In this document: positions 43,611 to 53,097 of the stretch, in pieces
Position numbering within the stretch: the first letter of the stretch is position 1
Layout of the letters: every line of letters begins with the position of its first letter
Origin: Opitutales bacterium
Lineage (GTDB): Bacteria > Verrucomicrobiota > Verrucomicrobiia > Opitutales > PNEW01
Direction: 5' to 3'
Assembly: GCA_965197745.1 (NCBI GenBank)
Contig: CBDANS010000006.1
Location: forward strand, 96,001 to 160,000
Length of the DNA: 64,000 bases
Made by a program: the position numbers and the translations under genes
Notes under the pieces: generated by a model
Seen by the model: only the letters and a program-made list of their open reading frames with translations
Database searches by the model: none
What the model was told of the DNA's origin: nothing

Positions 43611-44261
43611 ATGCATGAGCCCAAGCCGAATCTCTCGAATCTAAAAAAACAAGCGAAGCTTATTTTTCGACAGCATAAGGAGAGATACTATCCTGTATGC
43701 GCACGGATAAGAAAAGCGCTTCCGCGATTTTTAGATAGCAGTGATAAGGAAATACTGGACTCTTCTTTCGCATTGCATGATGCCCAGGAAATAATCGCAC
43801 GCGAATACGGATTCAATAAATGGGAAGTGCTGAAAAATAACAAAATAACCATGAATAAATCAAATTCTCAAAATAATCATAATAAATATCTATGTGAAGC
43901 ATATCCTCAGTTGTTCGTAAGTGATGTCACACGCACAGCGAACTTTTATAAAGAAAACCTTGGGTTTGAAATCCAGTATTTATATGGAAAACCTCCCTTT
44001 TATGGAATGGTGAAAAGGGATAATATAGGATTGAACATCAGGTATGTTTGCAATCCCCCCATGGATCAAAATGAAAAGGAAAAAGAACAATTAATAAGTG
44101 CCAACATTCCTGTAAATGGAGTGAAATCGCTATTTCTTGAATTCAAGGAAAAGGAAGTTGATATTTTTCAGTCGTTAAAGTCACAACCTTGGGGCTGTGT
44201 AGATTTTATCATCAAAGACCCTGACGGAAATTTATTATTATTTTCAAATCATCCTGATTAA
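43611..44261 (+). CDS. LKKQAK-type N-terminal helical domain fused to a VOC/glyoxalase domain
   Basis: PNLSNLKKQAK...DAQEIIAREYGF..W, then LFVSDV..FY..LGF...QPWG..F..KDPDGN. Confidence 0.87.
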   Translation: MHEPKPNLSNLKKQAKLIFRQHKERYYPVCARIRKALPRFLDSSDKEILDSSFALHDAQEIIAREYGFNKWEVLKNNKITMNKSNSQNNHNKYLCEAYPQLFVSDVTRTANFYKENLGFEIQYLYGKPPFYGMVKRDNIGLNIRYVCNPPMDQNEKEKEQLISANIPVNGVKSLFLEFKEKEVDIFQSLKSQPWGCVDFIIKDPDGNLLLFSNHPD

Positions 44262-44340
44262 AAGACCTCACCATTCACTTGAGACGTACTGAGGCCAAAC
44301 GAAGCAGAAAAGGGTCTTAGTGCGATTTATTGTGGGTGCC

Positions 44341-45441
44341 TCATTCTTTAATATCCAGGATCCCGGCAACGGACGTTCGGATCTGAACCAGATGTTCCCG
44401 TACCCATTCAGGATTAAACCGCTCCGTCCCCATCCGGAGGGGACAACTGGCCATGGCCCCACTTATCCAGCCGATTTCCTGTGGCGCATCGCGGATCAGT
44501 AGTATGTCGTTTCCCGTCATACCGTCCGGTACCGGCCTCACTTCAGCGTAGGCATCTAGGAAGGTGCGCCAAAGCATCTTGGACCGATCCAGGTCATCCT
44601 TTATCCGTAAAATGCGACGGACCTGGGAAAGTTCGAACCCCCTTGAAATGAACCTGGCATTTCCAAAATCAAAGAACACGACAGTACCGTCAGACCGCCG
44701 CCGAATGTTCGACGGCACGAGATCATCATGACACCAGCCCATATCTTGTTCATCCCTGCCAACAAGTAGTTCACTCAATCGTCTTTTCAGTTTACGGCGG
44801 AGGTCTTGCAGTTCAGCGTAGTCTTCTTTGTAGGCAAGTCGCCTGGCAAAAGGAAGGTAATCATGCTCTTCACGAAGCACGGGATAATCCGTATCGATCA
44901 GGTCTCCTGCTGTATGTAGTTGCGCCACTGCGACGCCCAATTGACAAGATGCTTCCTCACTTACAGTAAAGCTTGTCACCGGTACTTCTTCAAACAGCAA
45001 TGCGGCACGGGATCCTTCGGGCGCGATCACTTCTGATGCGTATGACCCGTCATTTCGGTAGACCGCTGGGACGACACTTGCGCCATGAAGCGCGAGATCT
45101 GCGACGAAAAGAGCCTCGGCTTCAGCCTGATCGATGGATACTGGAGGACGGTAGATCTTCAGGTAGTAGGTGGGTCCAGCTGTGTTTACATGATAAACAT
45201 CCGAGTCACCGCGATAGTGAAAGGTGCAGCCAAGAGCTTCGGTGATATCGTACTCTGAATCAACACGCTGTAGAAGCACCTCTTCATCAAGAACTGAAGA
45301 CTGCGCTGGAAACACAGTGCGGTCATCAAGCTGGCCACTGTTTGAGATGTCGAGACCGTATCTTACGTGTCTCCCTTCAAGAACGCGTGACTTCTCAACG
45401 TCCTGCCTTGTCTCTTCTTTCTTCTTATTTTCTTTCTTCAT
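44341..45441 (-). CDS. APH/homoserine kinase type II-like phosphotransferase
   Basis: YYLKIY, A.LH, CHDDLVPSN, FFDFG. Confidence 0.85.
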   Translation of the reverse strand: MKKENKKKEETRQDVEKSRVLEGRHVRYGLDISNSGQLDDRTVFPAQSSVLDEEVLLQRVDSEYDITEALGCTFHYRGDSDVYHVNTAGPTYYLKIYRPPVSIDQAEAEALFVADLALHGASVVPAVYRNDGSYASEVIAPEGSRAALLFEEVPVTSFTVSEEASCQLGVAVAQLHTAGDLIDTDYPVLREEHDYLPFARRLAYKEDYAELQDLRRKLKRRLSELLVGRDEQDMGWCHDDLVPSNIRRRSDGTVVFFDFGNARFISRGFELSQVRRILRIKDDLDRSKMLWRTFLDAYAEVRPVPDGMTGNDILLIRDAPQEIGWISGAMASCPLRMGTERFNPEWVREHLVQIRTSVAGILDIKE

Positions 45442-45451
45442 TTAGTATCCT

Positions 45452-46276
45452 TTACAATTCTGCCCGCATAAAGCGTTCCCACAGTTCCTCTGCGATCCGA
45501 GAGGAATTCGTTCTTATGCCCTATCGCTGAAAGTAATCGCACAGGTTTCTAATGTCGCGCGTCAGCAACATGCAGGCACTGGAATCGACGCGGGGGTCAA
45601 CAGCCTGCGGAAAATCGATGATACGCAGTTCTCCATTATGATAGAGAATATTGTAAGCAGACAGGTCGGCATGTATCCTGTTGCAACGAAGCAGCAGTTC
45701 CACGTTGTCCATTGCCACATCATAGAGATGCAGCGCTTCTGCTTTCGAGAGAGTCACATTGCTCAACATTTGTCCCGGTCGAACACCCGTGCCTATGTAC
45801 TCCATCAGGATGATATCACCGGAATGCGCGTACGGCCTGGGCACGTTTGCGCCTTCTTCATAAAGCAATTCCATTGTTAACCACTCTCGCGCGATCCACA
45901 TGCTGTGGGCTGATCGTCTCCCGGTCCGTGATCGCCTCTTCATCGCGCGTGACAATCGCAGGTCATGAACGTTGTGGTGATCCTGATACTCCATGGCGCT
46001 GTTAAACGCTCTGAACTTTTGCGCCAGATAGACTTTGGCCGCGAGAAGATCAACTCCTACGGAAGTCCTCGCTTTACAGAGATAAACGGTTGCCTCCTTA
46101 CCGTCGTTAACCACACCGATGACCTCCGCAACCATGCCATCGAAAGACGTCAGAATAGCGTCCTTCTCACGGTCTGCTAGAAATTTTCTCTTGAATCCAC
46201 CCTCTGAGAGTGAATCACTGTCTCTTCTTCTATCATGCCGATGATTCGGCATGTTTTTCTGTTCTGATCGTGTCAT
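45452..46276 (-). pseudogene. RIO-family Ser/Thr kinase with in-frame TAG (45521-45523) near the C-terminus
   Basis: GKEATVY, AAKVY, MEYIG, IHADLSAYNIL, IIDFPQAVD; after TAG reads GIRT..IAEELWERFMRAEL to TAA 10 nt before the next gene. Confidence 0.8.
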
Positions 46277-46323
46277 GCTGTATTTCCATAGTAGGTAAAA
46301 TTTAAAATTGGACCCGTGGCATG

Positions 46324-46398
46324 AAAAAAAGCCATGGGTCTGTGTCACGCCCATGGCTTGGATCAGAAAAAGAAAAAGCCGTTCCAGGCGGAACGGCT
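46324..46398 (-). terminator. Two tandem intrinsic terminator-like hairpins in the RIO kinase leader
   Basis: Minus strand: agccgttcc-gcct-ggaacggct-ttttcttttt and aagccatggg...cccatggctt-ttttt. Confidence 0.75.
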
Positions 46399-46428
46399 AA
46401 ACTGCTCTTGATAGCACCCTGGTGCTAC

Positions 46429-46488
46429 CTAGTGCCGAAACCTACCGGGGAGTGACAACGCGAAGAATTGTCTCTTTGCTGCATTCAT
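46429..46488 (-). CDS. Putative 19-aa leader peptide MNAAKRQFFALSLPGRFRH
   Basis: SD GGAGAG, ATG 46488, TAG 46429-46431, directly upstream of the hairpins. Confidence 0.5.
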   Translation of the reverse strand: MNAAKRQFFALSLPGRFRH

Positions 46489-46750
46489 GATTATCTCTCC
46501 TTTATTGGTGTAGGTTTCGGGTTCCTGGTTAATGTTCATAATGCTTTATGTGATCGATGTATCGATGTCAATAAAGATCCCTTGCGACAATCTTCACGGA
46601 CGTGACGACGCGCGTCCCTCCATTTTTTTTTCGGGGGGCCATGTAATGTCTGTCGGCCATAGCCGCGCGTTTGCGGGGCGACGGCTGATCGTGGCCGCGA
46701 AAGAGTATAGAAACATAAAGGGGCTACGACAGGTTTACACCTGAGATGAG

Positions 46751-47508
46751 CTAATTATCTTCGACAGGTTTAAATTCAAAGAAAAAAGGTTGGTAAGCAC
46801 GTGCTGTAACCGGTTTACCGCGTTTCATTGGTGGTTGAAATTTCCAGTCTTTGATCGCGGTGAGTGCGGCAATCGCAAAATAGTCATTCGATGAAGATTT
46901 AAGCCCCGGGGCTCTGACGTTACCCTTGGAATCAATAAAAAATTCAACCAGTACCTGCCCGCTTGCTTCCACATCCCACATTTCTTTCGGAAAAACAGGT
47001 GAACTCGATTTAATTACTTTTGGTTCAAAATCCAATTCGTTAATATCTTTAACCGTAAAATATTGTCTATTTATCGTTTTATTACCGATCATCGCTTCAT
47101 CAATGATTGATGCATTGAATATACACCTCCACCTCTCTCCAAATTGTAAGATACTTTAACAAATACTCGACTCGAGTAAGCCACTCCATCGACAATTCTT
47201 GGAGCAAATTTCCATTGCTTAATCGCTCTAATCGAGGAACGGGCAAAAGCAAGGTGAGAGGTTGCAAATTCTACAAAATCATACTGTTGTCCCGTGTCAT
47301 CGACGATAAATACGATAATCGCAAATCCTTCAGTAATACCTGTATGGGCAACACTCGGTGGTAAATAAGGATTAACTGCTTTAAGCACCTGCAGGTCTCG
47401 ATTATTATTATCAGTCTTTTCGCTTTGACCCAACACGGGGAGATGAAAGCAAAAAATTATCAAAATAAAAATGAGGTGGGAGGGGAATAATCTGTAATAG
47501 GATTTCAC
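46751..47508 (-). CDS. Tandem TonB C-terminal domain protein, split into two ORFs (47089..47508, 46751..47092)
   Basis: Both parts have P..P...G...F..D..G and A+..WKF.P...G motifs; ATGA overlap; possible frameshift. Confidence 0.7.
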
Positions 47509-47837
47509 GGATAAAATACAGGGTTAAAACATAATCTAAGTTAATATCTTTAAATACACAACCCATGGCACGTTATAGTTCCACGATTGCAGAGCGACCG
47601 CGGCTGACCCCTTTTGGGCAATCATTACCGGACGCGACGAAGCGCGTCCCTCCATTTTTTTTCGGAGGGCCACGTAATGCCTGTCGGCCATAGCCGCGCG
47701 TTTGCGGGGCGACGGCTGATCGTGGCCGCTGATTTACAATTTTATAAATGGACAATAACAAAAGAAAGCAGCCACGATGTCACCTATTAGCTCATAGCTC
47801 TTGCTTAATCATGATGGACGCATAACAATAAAAATTT

Positions 47838-48161
47838 ATGCCTGCATTACGCAATCGATTAGAAAACGAATTAAGAAAACTGGAGGGGGTTGACGTTGCA
47901 TTGTATAAAGATACGAATCTGATGTGTGTCTATTATGGAGGCAAAGAATTTGCGCATTTTCAAGACGACAACGATTTGGATATACGATTATCTCAGAAAT
48001 TTATAAAACGAGAAAGCCTTACTCCTATTCATGATTCCAAATATCATCCGAATCGTTCAAGGAAATCCAGGTGGATGGAAATACGGTTTAAGAATGCAAA
48101 GCAAGTGGATGACTTGATTCGACTTATTAAGCGACTGATAAAAGAAGAATTAGCGCTATAA
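47838..48161 (+). CDS. Small luciferase-like (DUF5519-type) protein
   Basis: GKEFAHF...LDIRL motif, 107 aa. Confidence 0.65.
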   Translation: MPALRNRLENELRKLEGVDVALYKDTNLMCVYYGGKEFAHFQDDNDLDIRLSQKFIKRESLTPIHDSKYHPNRSRKSRWMEIRFKNAKQVDDLIRLIKRLIKEELAL

Positions 48162-48192
48162 GTAAAACACTCAGGAATTATGGGGGAAAAAA

Positions 48193-49632
48193 ATGTCCAA
48201 AAAAAATATCATGCTGATCATTTCGGACCAGCAACGCACGGACACCATCGGCTGTCTCAGTCTCACCCCTTGCCGCACTCCCCATATAGATGCATTAATT
48301 GATCGCGGGGTTATTTTCGAGAAGACCATCACCCCCACCCCCGTCTGCACCCCGGCGCGGGCTTCCATCTTTACCGGTCTCTACGCCCATCAAGCGAGGG
48401 GAACCTTTGCCAAAGATCACATCGGTCCTCTCCGCGATGACCAGATGACTTCCGATGCGACAGACATGCTGCTCAGCGATTACTCCTGTCGAGAAAAACC
48501 GTTGCTCACTGACGCACTTAAAGCAGCAGGTTATTACTGTTGCTATGCGGGCAAATGGCATCTCGGCAACGATATTTTTGATAACTGGTTTGAACACCAC
48601 CACGGCGAGACAGACCAGCAGTATATTGATTGGGCCAGCGAGCAGGGGTATCCGGACGCCTGGTCTTTAAGCGATTGGTCGGTTCGCAGTCACCGTGATC
48701 CACCGATGTCTATTCCCCTGGCAAAAGAAAATAAAATTCCTCCCGAGATTACTAACGACGCGTGGATCGCTGACCTTGCCATCGATATGATTGAACAGCG
48801 CCCGAAAGATAAACCCTTCATGGCTGTCTGCAGTATGATCGGACCTCACCCGCCATTCAAGATACCGGAACCGTATTTCAGCATGTATGACGACCAGGAG
48901 GTTCCCGAGCCCCCCAATTTCCACCTCACTGAAGGAAAACCAAAATGCAAGAAAGAGAGTTTCTATCACAAACTGTGGGAGGACCATGGCTCGGATTGGT
49001 CGGCGTGGGAAAAATCCGTGACGACTTACTGGGGATTTGTCACCCATATCGACGACCAGGTCGGACGTCTTGTCCAATGCCTCAAGGACGAGGACGTTTT
49101 TGAGGACACCCTCATTATTTTCTGTAGCGACCATGGCGAAATGCTGGGCCAGCATGGTCTGTGGCACAAAATGCAGGCATATGAGGAGTCGCTTCGCGTG
49201 CCGCTGGTTTTCAGCGCGCCATGGATCAAATGCGATAACCGTTCAACCGCGCTTAACTCGCTGATCGATATTGCCCCGACAATTCTTGGCGCTGCCGGCT
49301 GTTCGATTCCGGATACTTACGAGGGCGAGGACTTATCGGCGCTATTCAACGGGCAGTGTGACCGGACCGCTCGAAGCGTCCTCTTCAGCGAGCACAAACC
49401 GGATGGAGATTATCACCTCGAGACTGATTGGAGAATGGTGACGGACAATAAGATTAAGTACATCTGGAATCGGGGTGAGTGCGAAGAGCTTTACGATCTG
49501 GAATCAGATCCCTGGGAAAAGGTTAATCTAGCTGACAACGATCGGAATAACGAACAATTGGCCTTCTATCGAACCCAACTCGGTGAGTGGATGGAGAAAA
49601 CGAAAGACCCCCTGCACGAGAGTTTTAAATGA
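48193..49632 (+). CDS. Formylglycine-dependent sulfatase
   Basis: NI..IISDQQR, CTPARASIFTG, GKWH, SDHG, ELYDLESDPWE. Confidence 0.94.
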   Translation: MSKKNIMLIISDQQRTDTIGCLSLTPCRTPHIDALIDRGVIFEKTITPTPVCTPARASIFTGLYAHQARGTFAKDHIGPLRDDQMTSDATDMLLSDYSCREKPLLTDALKAAGYYCCYAGKWHLGNDIFDNWFEHHHGETDQQYIDWASEQGYPDAWSLSDWSVRSHRDPPMSIPLAKENKIPPEITNDAWIADLAIDMIEQRPKDKPFMAVCSMIGPHPPFKIPEPYFSMYDDQEVPEPPNFHLTEGKPKCKKESFYHKLWEDHGSDWSAWEKSVTTYWGFVTHIDDQVGRLVQCLKDEDVFEDTLIIFCSDHGEMLGQHGLWHKMQAYEESLRVPLVFSAPWIKCDNRSTALNSLIDIAPTILGAAGCSIPDTYEGEDLSALFNGQCDRTARSVLFSEHKPDGDYHLETDWRMVTDNKIKYIWNRGECEELYDLESDPWEKVNLADNDRNNEQLAFYRTQLGEWMEKTKDPLHESFK

Positions 49633-49830
49633 CCCGTTTTTGATTTTCATTGTGAGGTCCCGGATTTTTTAGCTTCGCCGCAACATTTATACTTAAATGT
49701 CGATGTGGAATGACTTATGTCGCCATTAGACAACTGATAGATTTTGAGTTTGAACTGATATTTGATAAATAAATACCAGTTAATTTACTCACTATCTATA
49801 ATACTGAATCTCTACACGCTCACCACAGGT

Positions 49831-50196
49831 ATGAAGAGCATAATTATAATCGAAGATGACCAAAGCTACCGTTCCATGTTATGCGGAGCGCTGGAAGATG
49901 AGGGATATAAAGTATCTACAGCTGAAAATGGCCTAATAGCGATAGATGTTCTCAAGACATTAACGCCTGATCTTATAATTACCGATGTCATAATGCAAGG
50001 AATGGATGGTTTTGAAGTAATCACACAAGTAAAGAATCAGAATCCTGATATTAAAATTATTGCCATTAGCGGAGGTGGAATGGCTGGACCTAAAACATAT
50101 TTAGAAATCGCTGAAGATTTAGGTGCAGATTACACGATTACAAAACCGTCAACGTTAAAAGAATTTCTAAGTGCAGTGAACAAACTGCTTAAATAA
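49831..50196 (+). CDS. Single-domain response regulator (receiver)
   Basis: IIEDD, TDVIM..MDG, AISGGG, KP. Confidence 0.9.
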   Translation: MKSIIIIEDDQSYRSMLCGALEDEGYKVSTAENGLIAIDVLKTLTPDLIITDVIMQGMDGFEVITQVKNQNPDIKIIAISGGGMAGPKTYLEIAEDLGADYTITKPSTLKEFLSAVNKLLK

Positions 50197-50308
50197 AATG
50201 GAAGAGGTTAATACCGAAATAGCATGAAGCGAATATGTAAGTGAATGAGAAAACGAAAGACCCTTGCACGAGCGTTTTAAATGACCCGATTCTGAATTTC
50301 TTATAAAG

Positions 50309-51109
50309 TCATGTGACTTTAACTTTCCTCCACCATTCTCCTTCAGCCCCTTCAGGAATGTATGGCGGTATTGACATTATTAATCGGTTCTCATCTACAA
50401 ATTTAATGTGAAATGACTCGTGCTTGCGTGTTTCGTAACCAGGAACCTGAGACAAGAATGGCCAGTTGTCAAAAGTAGATGGAGTCTCAAGCCGCGCTCC
50501 AACGTTCACACCGAATTCATTAAATAATTTATAAATCTCTGTATCACTAAAACTGACACCTTGTGATGGTGCTCTTGGGCGTTCAGTACCCGCTCTCATT
50601 ACACCGTAGTGCCCTTGAGTCACAAGAGACATCCATCGTCCGTGTTTATCTTCAGATTCCCAAGCACCAGCCAGGGGTGTATCACCAGCTCCGCTGAGCT
50701 TTCGCCAGTTTTCCTCAACAATCTTGCCATCAGGAAACGCTCGCTTGCATAAACAATGATTATCCTGAAAATTTACAGTATATGAAAGCGAGATTCCTTC
50801 GATGCGTGGATCACTGGCCATTTCAATATTATGCTCTGCCAACCATCCTTCCTCTAACTCAGTCCACGAACAGCTCCCTCCTATTGCGTAAAAGTGTGGA
50901 TACATTTCGACCGCTTCGGCCTCAGTGGGAGGCCAAGTTGCTGGCGGTTGACACTTTCCCTGGGTAAGAAGTTCAATAAAATGATCCCCTGTGTACACGG
51001 AGAAACCTGCCGCAGATCTGATAGCAACTGTTGTATCCCGTAATGGCACGAAATCCACATCTTCATCATCAGTGAGCATCTGCCAAAAACCATTCCATGG
51101 TTGTTTCAT
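50309..51109 (-). CDS. Hypothetical protein with two similar halves
   Basis: PWNGFWQ and PLAGAWE begin two ~130-aa related units. Confidence 0.7.
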   Translation of the reverse strand: MKQPWNGFWQMLTDDEDVDFVPLRDTTVAIRSAAGFSVYTGDHFIELLTQGKCQPPATWPPTEAEAVEMYPHFYAIGGSCSWTELEEGWLAEHNIEMASDPRIEGISLSYTVNFQDNHCLCKRAFPDGKIVEENWRKLSGAGDTPLAGAWESEDKHGRWMSLVTQGHYGVMRAGTERPRAPSQGVSFSDTEIYKLFNEFGVNVGARLETPSTFDNWPFLSQVPGYETRKHESFHIKFVDENRLIMSIPPYIPEGAEGEWWRKVKVT

Positions 51110-51217
51110 ATCTTTGGATCCTATTTATGTTTCTCTACCTAAAATACTCAATTTATGAATATGTGAAAAGTCGAGAAATGTCACTGTAAGTTGATATGCC
51201 GCGCAGAAGAACTGGAA

Positions 51218-51278
51218 GGGGTCAGGCTTTGCAAACTGGCATTTTTTAATTATATGCCAGTTTGCAGAACCTGACCCC
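51218..51278. repeat. Palindromic repeat (second copy 54953-55019; related 42771-42832)
   Basis: ggggtcagg..tgcaaactggca...tgccagtttgca..cctgacccc. Confidence 0.8.
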
Positions 51279-51284
51279 ATTTTT

Positions 51285-52700
51285 TCACTCGGCATACCCA
51301 TGATAGTTTGCGATCGCCAGGCCGGCGGCAATGCCGGTGAAGGTATCGAATTCAATCAGCTTTCGAGGGAATATTTGCTGCAACAGTTCTTGAACGGGTG
51401 GAAGCTTCGAAGAGCCACCGGTGCAGATCACTGCGTCGATTCCATCAACGCTGCAACCTGACGATAAGAGCAGTTCCTCAATCGCATCACTGATCCTCGC
51501 CAACATCTCTTCCATGTATTGGCGCAACTCCTGTCGGGTGATGGTCACTCGGAGCTCGAGCTCGGGCACCCGGATGACGGATTCATGATCCTTGGTGAGC
51601 CCGATCTTGGCCTCCTCTATGGCCTGAAAGACCCTGTAGGATTGGTTCATAGAGATCAATAGCAGCAATCGACTTAGTTTCTGCTTCGTCTTCCCTTTTT
51701 CACGCATACCATGGGTGATCAATTCTCTGAGTTCACCCCGGTTGAGTTCGTGTGTATGCTGCCAGATGAGCAGCCGTTCGGCGAATTCCCCGAATCGAAA
51801 CGCTACCTTCTTTTCATCGCCGACACTCTTGCTTGTAATCAATGTTCGCTCGCCCAGTTCCGGGAATATGGCTCTCCGGTATATCAGCTTATCGATATCA
51901 TCCCCGCCCAGTTCGAGTCCCAGCGTGCCCAGAATCTTGAATGCCTTCGTGGTTGTCTTCAAAAGGCAAAGGTCAAGCGTGCCCCCGCCAAAGTCGAAGG
52001 TCAGATAGGATCTGTCGGGGCGCGTTTCGCCCCGATGCAGGAAGCTCAGAGAGGCTGCGACCGGCTCCGGATAAAAGGAAGCTTTCGAGAATCCTGCGAA
52101 ATCACACGCTTCTCCCATTCGGCTTAACGCGACCTCATTCGCTGTTGCCGAATCCCCGCGATAATTAACCGGTCGACCCACATGCGGCGTAAGCAGCGGG
52201 CCGCCCGCATGGGTCTCGATCCCCTTGCGGATCTCTTCCAGAATTGGGGTCGCGAGTGCCACCACGCGCAGGGTCCTGTCGAATACGTTGATGGCATTCA
52301 GCGAAGCATCCCCAAGCCATGTCTTGATACTTCGAAAAAGCCGGCTCGGGAGATGTGAATCGGTAAATGCGTGCACCTTAACCCAGTCCTCAAAGTAACC
52401 TGCCATGGTATCTATGCTCAAAAGAAATTCACCCACCTCTTCCTTCTCTAATTGAATCCTCCTTCCTCTGTTGTCCTCGAGATAGGATTCTATCGCATGC
52501 TGTCCGACACGGGGGAAAAAGTCGCGGTTGAGATACAATGCGCTCGGCAGTACTGCGGGAACGGCGGCAGCGGCGTCCAGGCCGAGCATCCGAAGTTTTT
52601 TTCCGTCAAATAGCGCAACCGATGAATTCGTCGTACCAAAATCAACGCCCACTGCTATTCTGCTCGAGCTGCGGTGAAGATGGGAAGGGCTTAAGGGCAT
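51285..52700 (-). CDS. Hsp70-family protein (YegD-like)
   Basis: GVDFGTTNS, EPVAA, DFGGGTLD, TGGSS; lacks the DnaK substrate-binding domain. Confidence 0.88.
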   Translation of the reverse strand: MPLSPSHLHRSSSRIAVGVDFGTTNSSVALFDGKKLRMLGLDAAAAVPAVLPSALYLNRDFFPRVGQHAIESYLEDNRGRRIQLEKEEVGEFLLSIDTMAGYFEDWVKVHAFTDSHLPSRLFRSIKTWLGDASLNAINVFDRTLRVVALATPILEEIRKGIETHAGGPLLTPHVGRPVNYRGDSATANEVALSRMGEACDFAGFSKASFYPEPVAASLSFLHRGETRPDRSYLTFDFGGGTLDLCLLKTTTKAFKILGTLGLELGGDDIDKLIYRRAIFPELGERTLITSKSVGDEKKVAFRFGEFAERLLIWQHTHELNRGELRELITHGMREKGKTKQKLSRLLLLISMNQSYRVFQAIEEAKIGLTKDHESVIRVPELELRVTITRQELRQYMEEMLARISDAIEELLLSSGCSVDGIDAVICTGGSSKLPPVQELLQQIFPRKLIEFDTFTGIAAGLAIANYHGYAE

Positions 52701-52932
52701 GCGGGTAAAAGATTAGGTGGCGCCAACTGTCCTGAAAACAGAGGGATTAACCTATACAAGCTTTTGGCCGCTATTGTTCAAGAATAAAATTACATAAATA
52801 TTTTACAACCAACCTCTTATAAATTAATACTAACATCGAAAAACAATCATGTCAAGTTCTGACTTGGCCCTATTTGTCGCATGCACACAGTGAAAAATGA
52901 AAAGAGAATCAAAACGCGGTCTGATCAATCAC

Positions 52933-52960
52933 TTGACAAAGAACGGTATCGGGTTAACTT
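52933..52960 (+). promoter_or_regulatory. Sigma70-like promoter shared with 57176-57203
   Basis: TTGACAaagaacgg(t/c)atc(g/c)ggtTAAC(t/c)T near-identical at both loci. Confidence 0.65.
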
Positions 52961-52969
52961 TTTTCATAG

Positions 52970-53078
52970 ACGCTCGGAGGGAGCGGCCAGTCCACGGAAA
53001 GAGTTAACCTCACCTCTCTCGAATCCATACAGTCAATTGGACCTATGGACCAGCTTGTCAGGTGGACAACAAGCGCAA
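52970..53078 (+). ncRNA. Putative structured 5' leader RNA, copy B
   Basis: GTCCAC (52990-95) complementary to loop GTGGAC (53062-67) in hairpin GCTTGT/ACAAGC; GAG/CTC and TCCATA/TATGGA stems. Confidence 0.7.
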
Positions 53079-53097
53079 ATTGGAAAGTAGGTTATAT

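Noticed and set aside
53062..53097. GTG start for the ankyrin gene given in the ORF track
   Set aside because: It lies inside the pseudoknot-forming loop; ATG 53098 aligns with the paralogue starts
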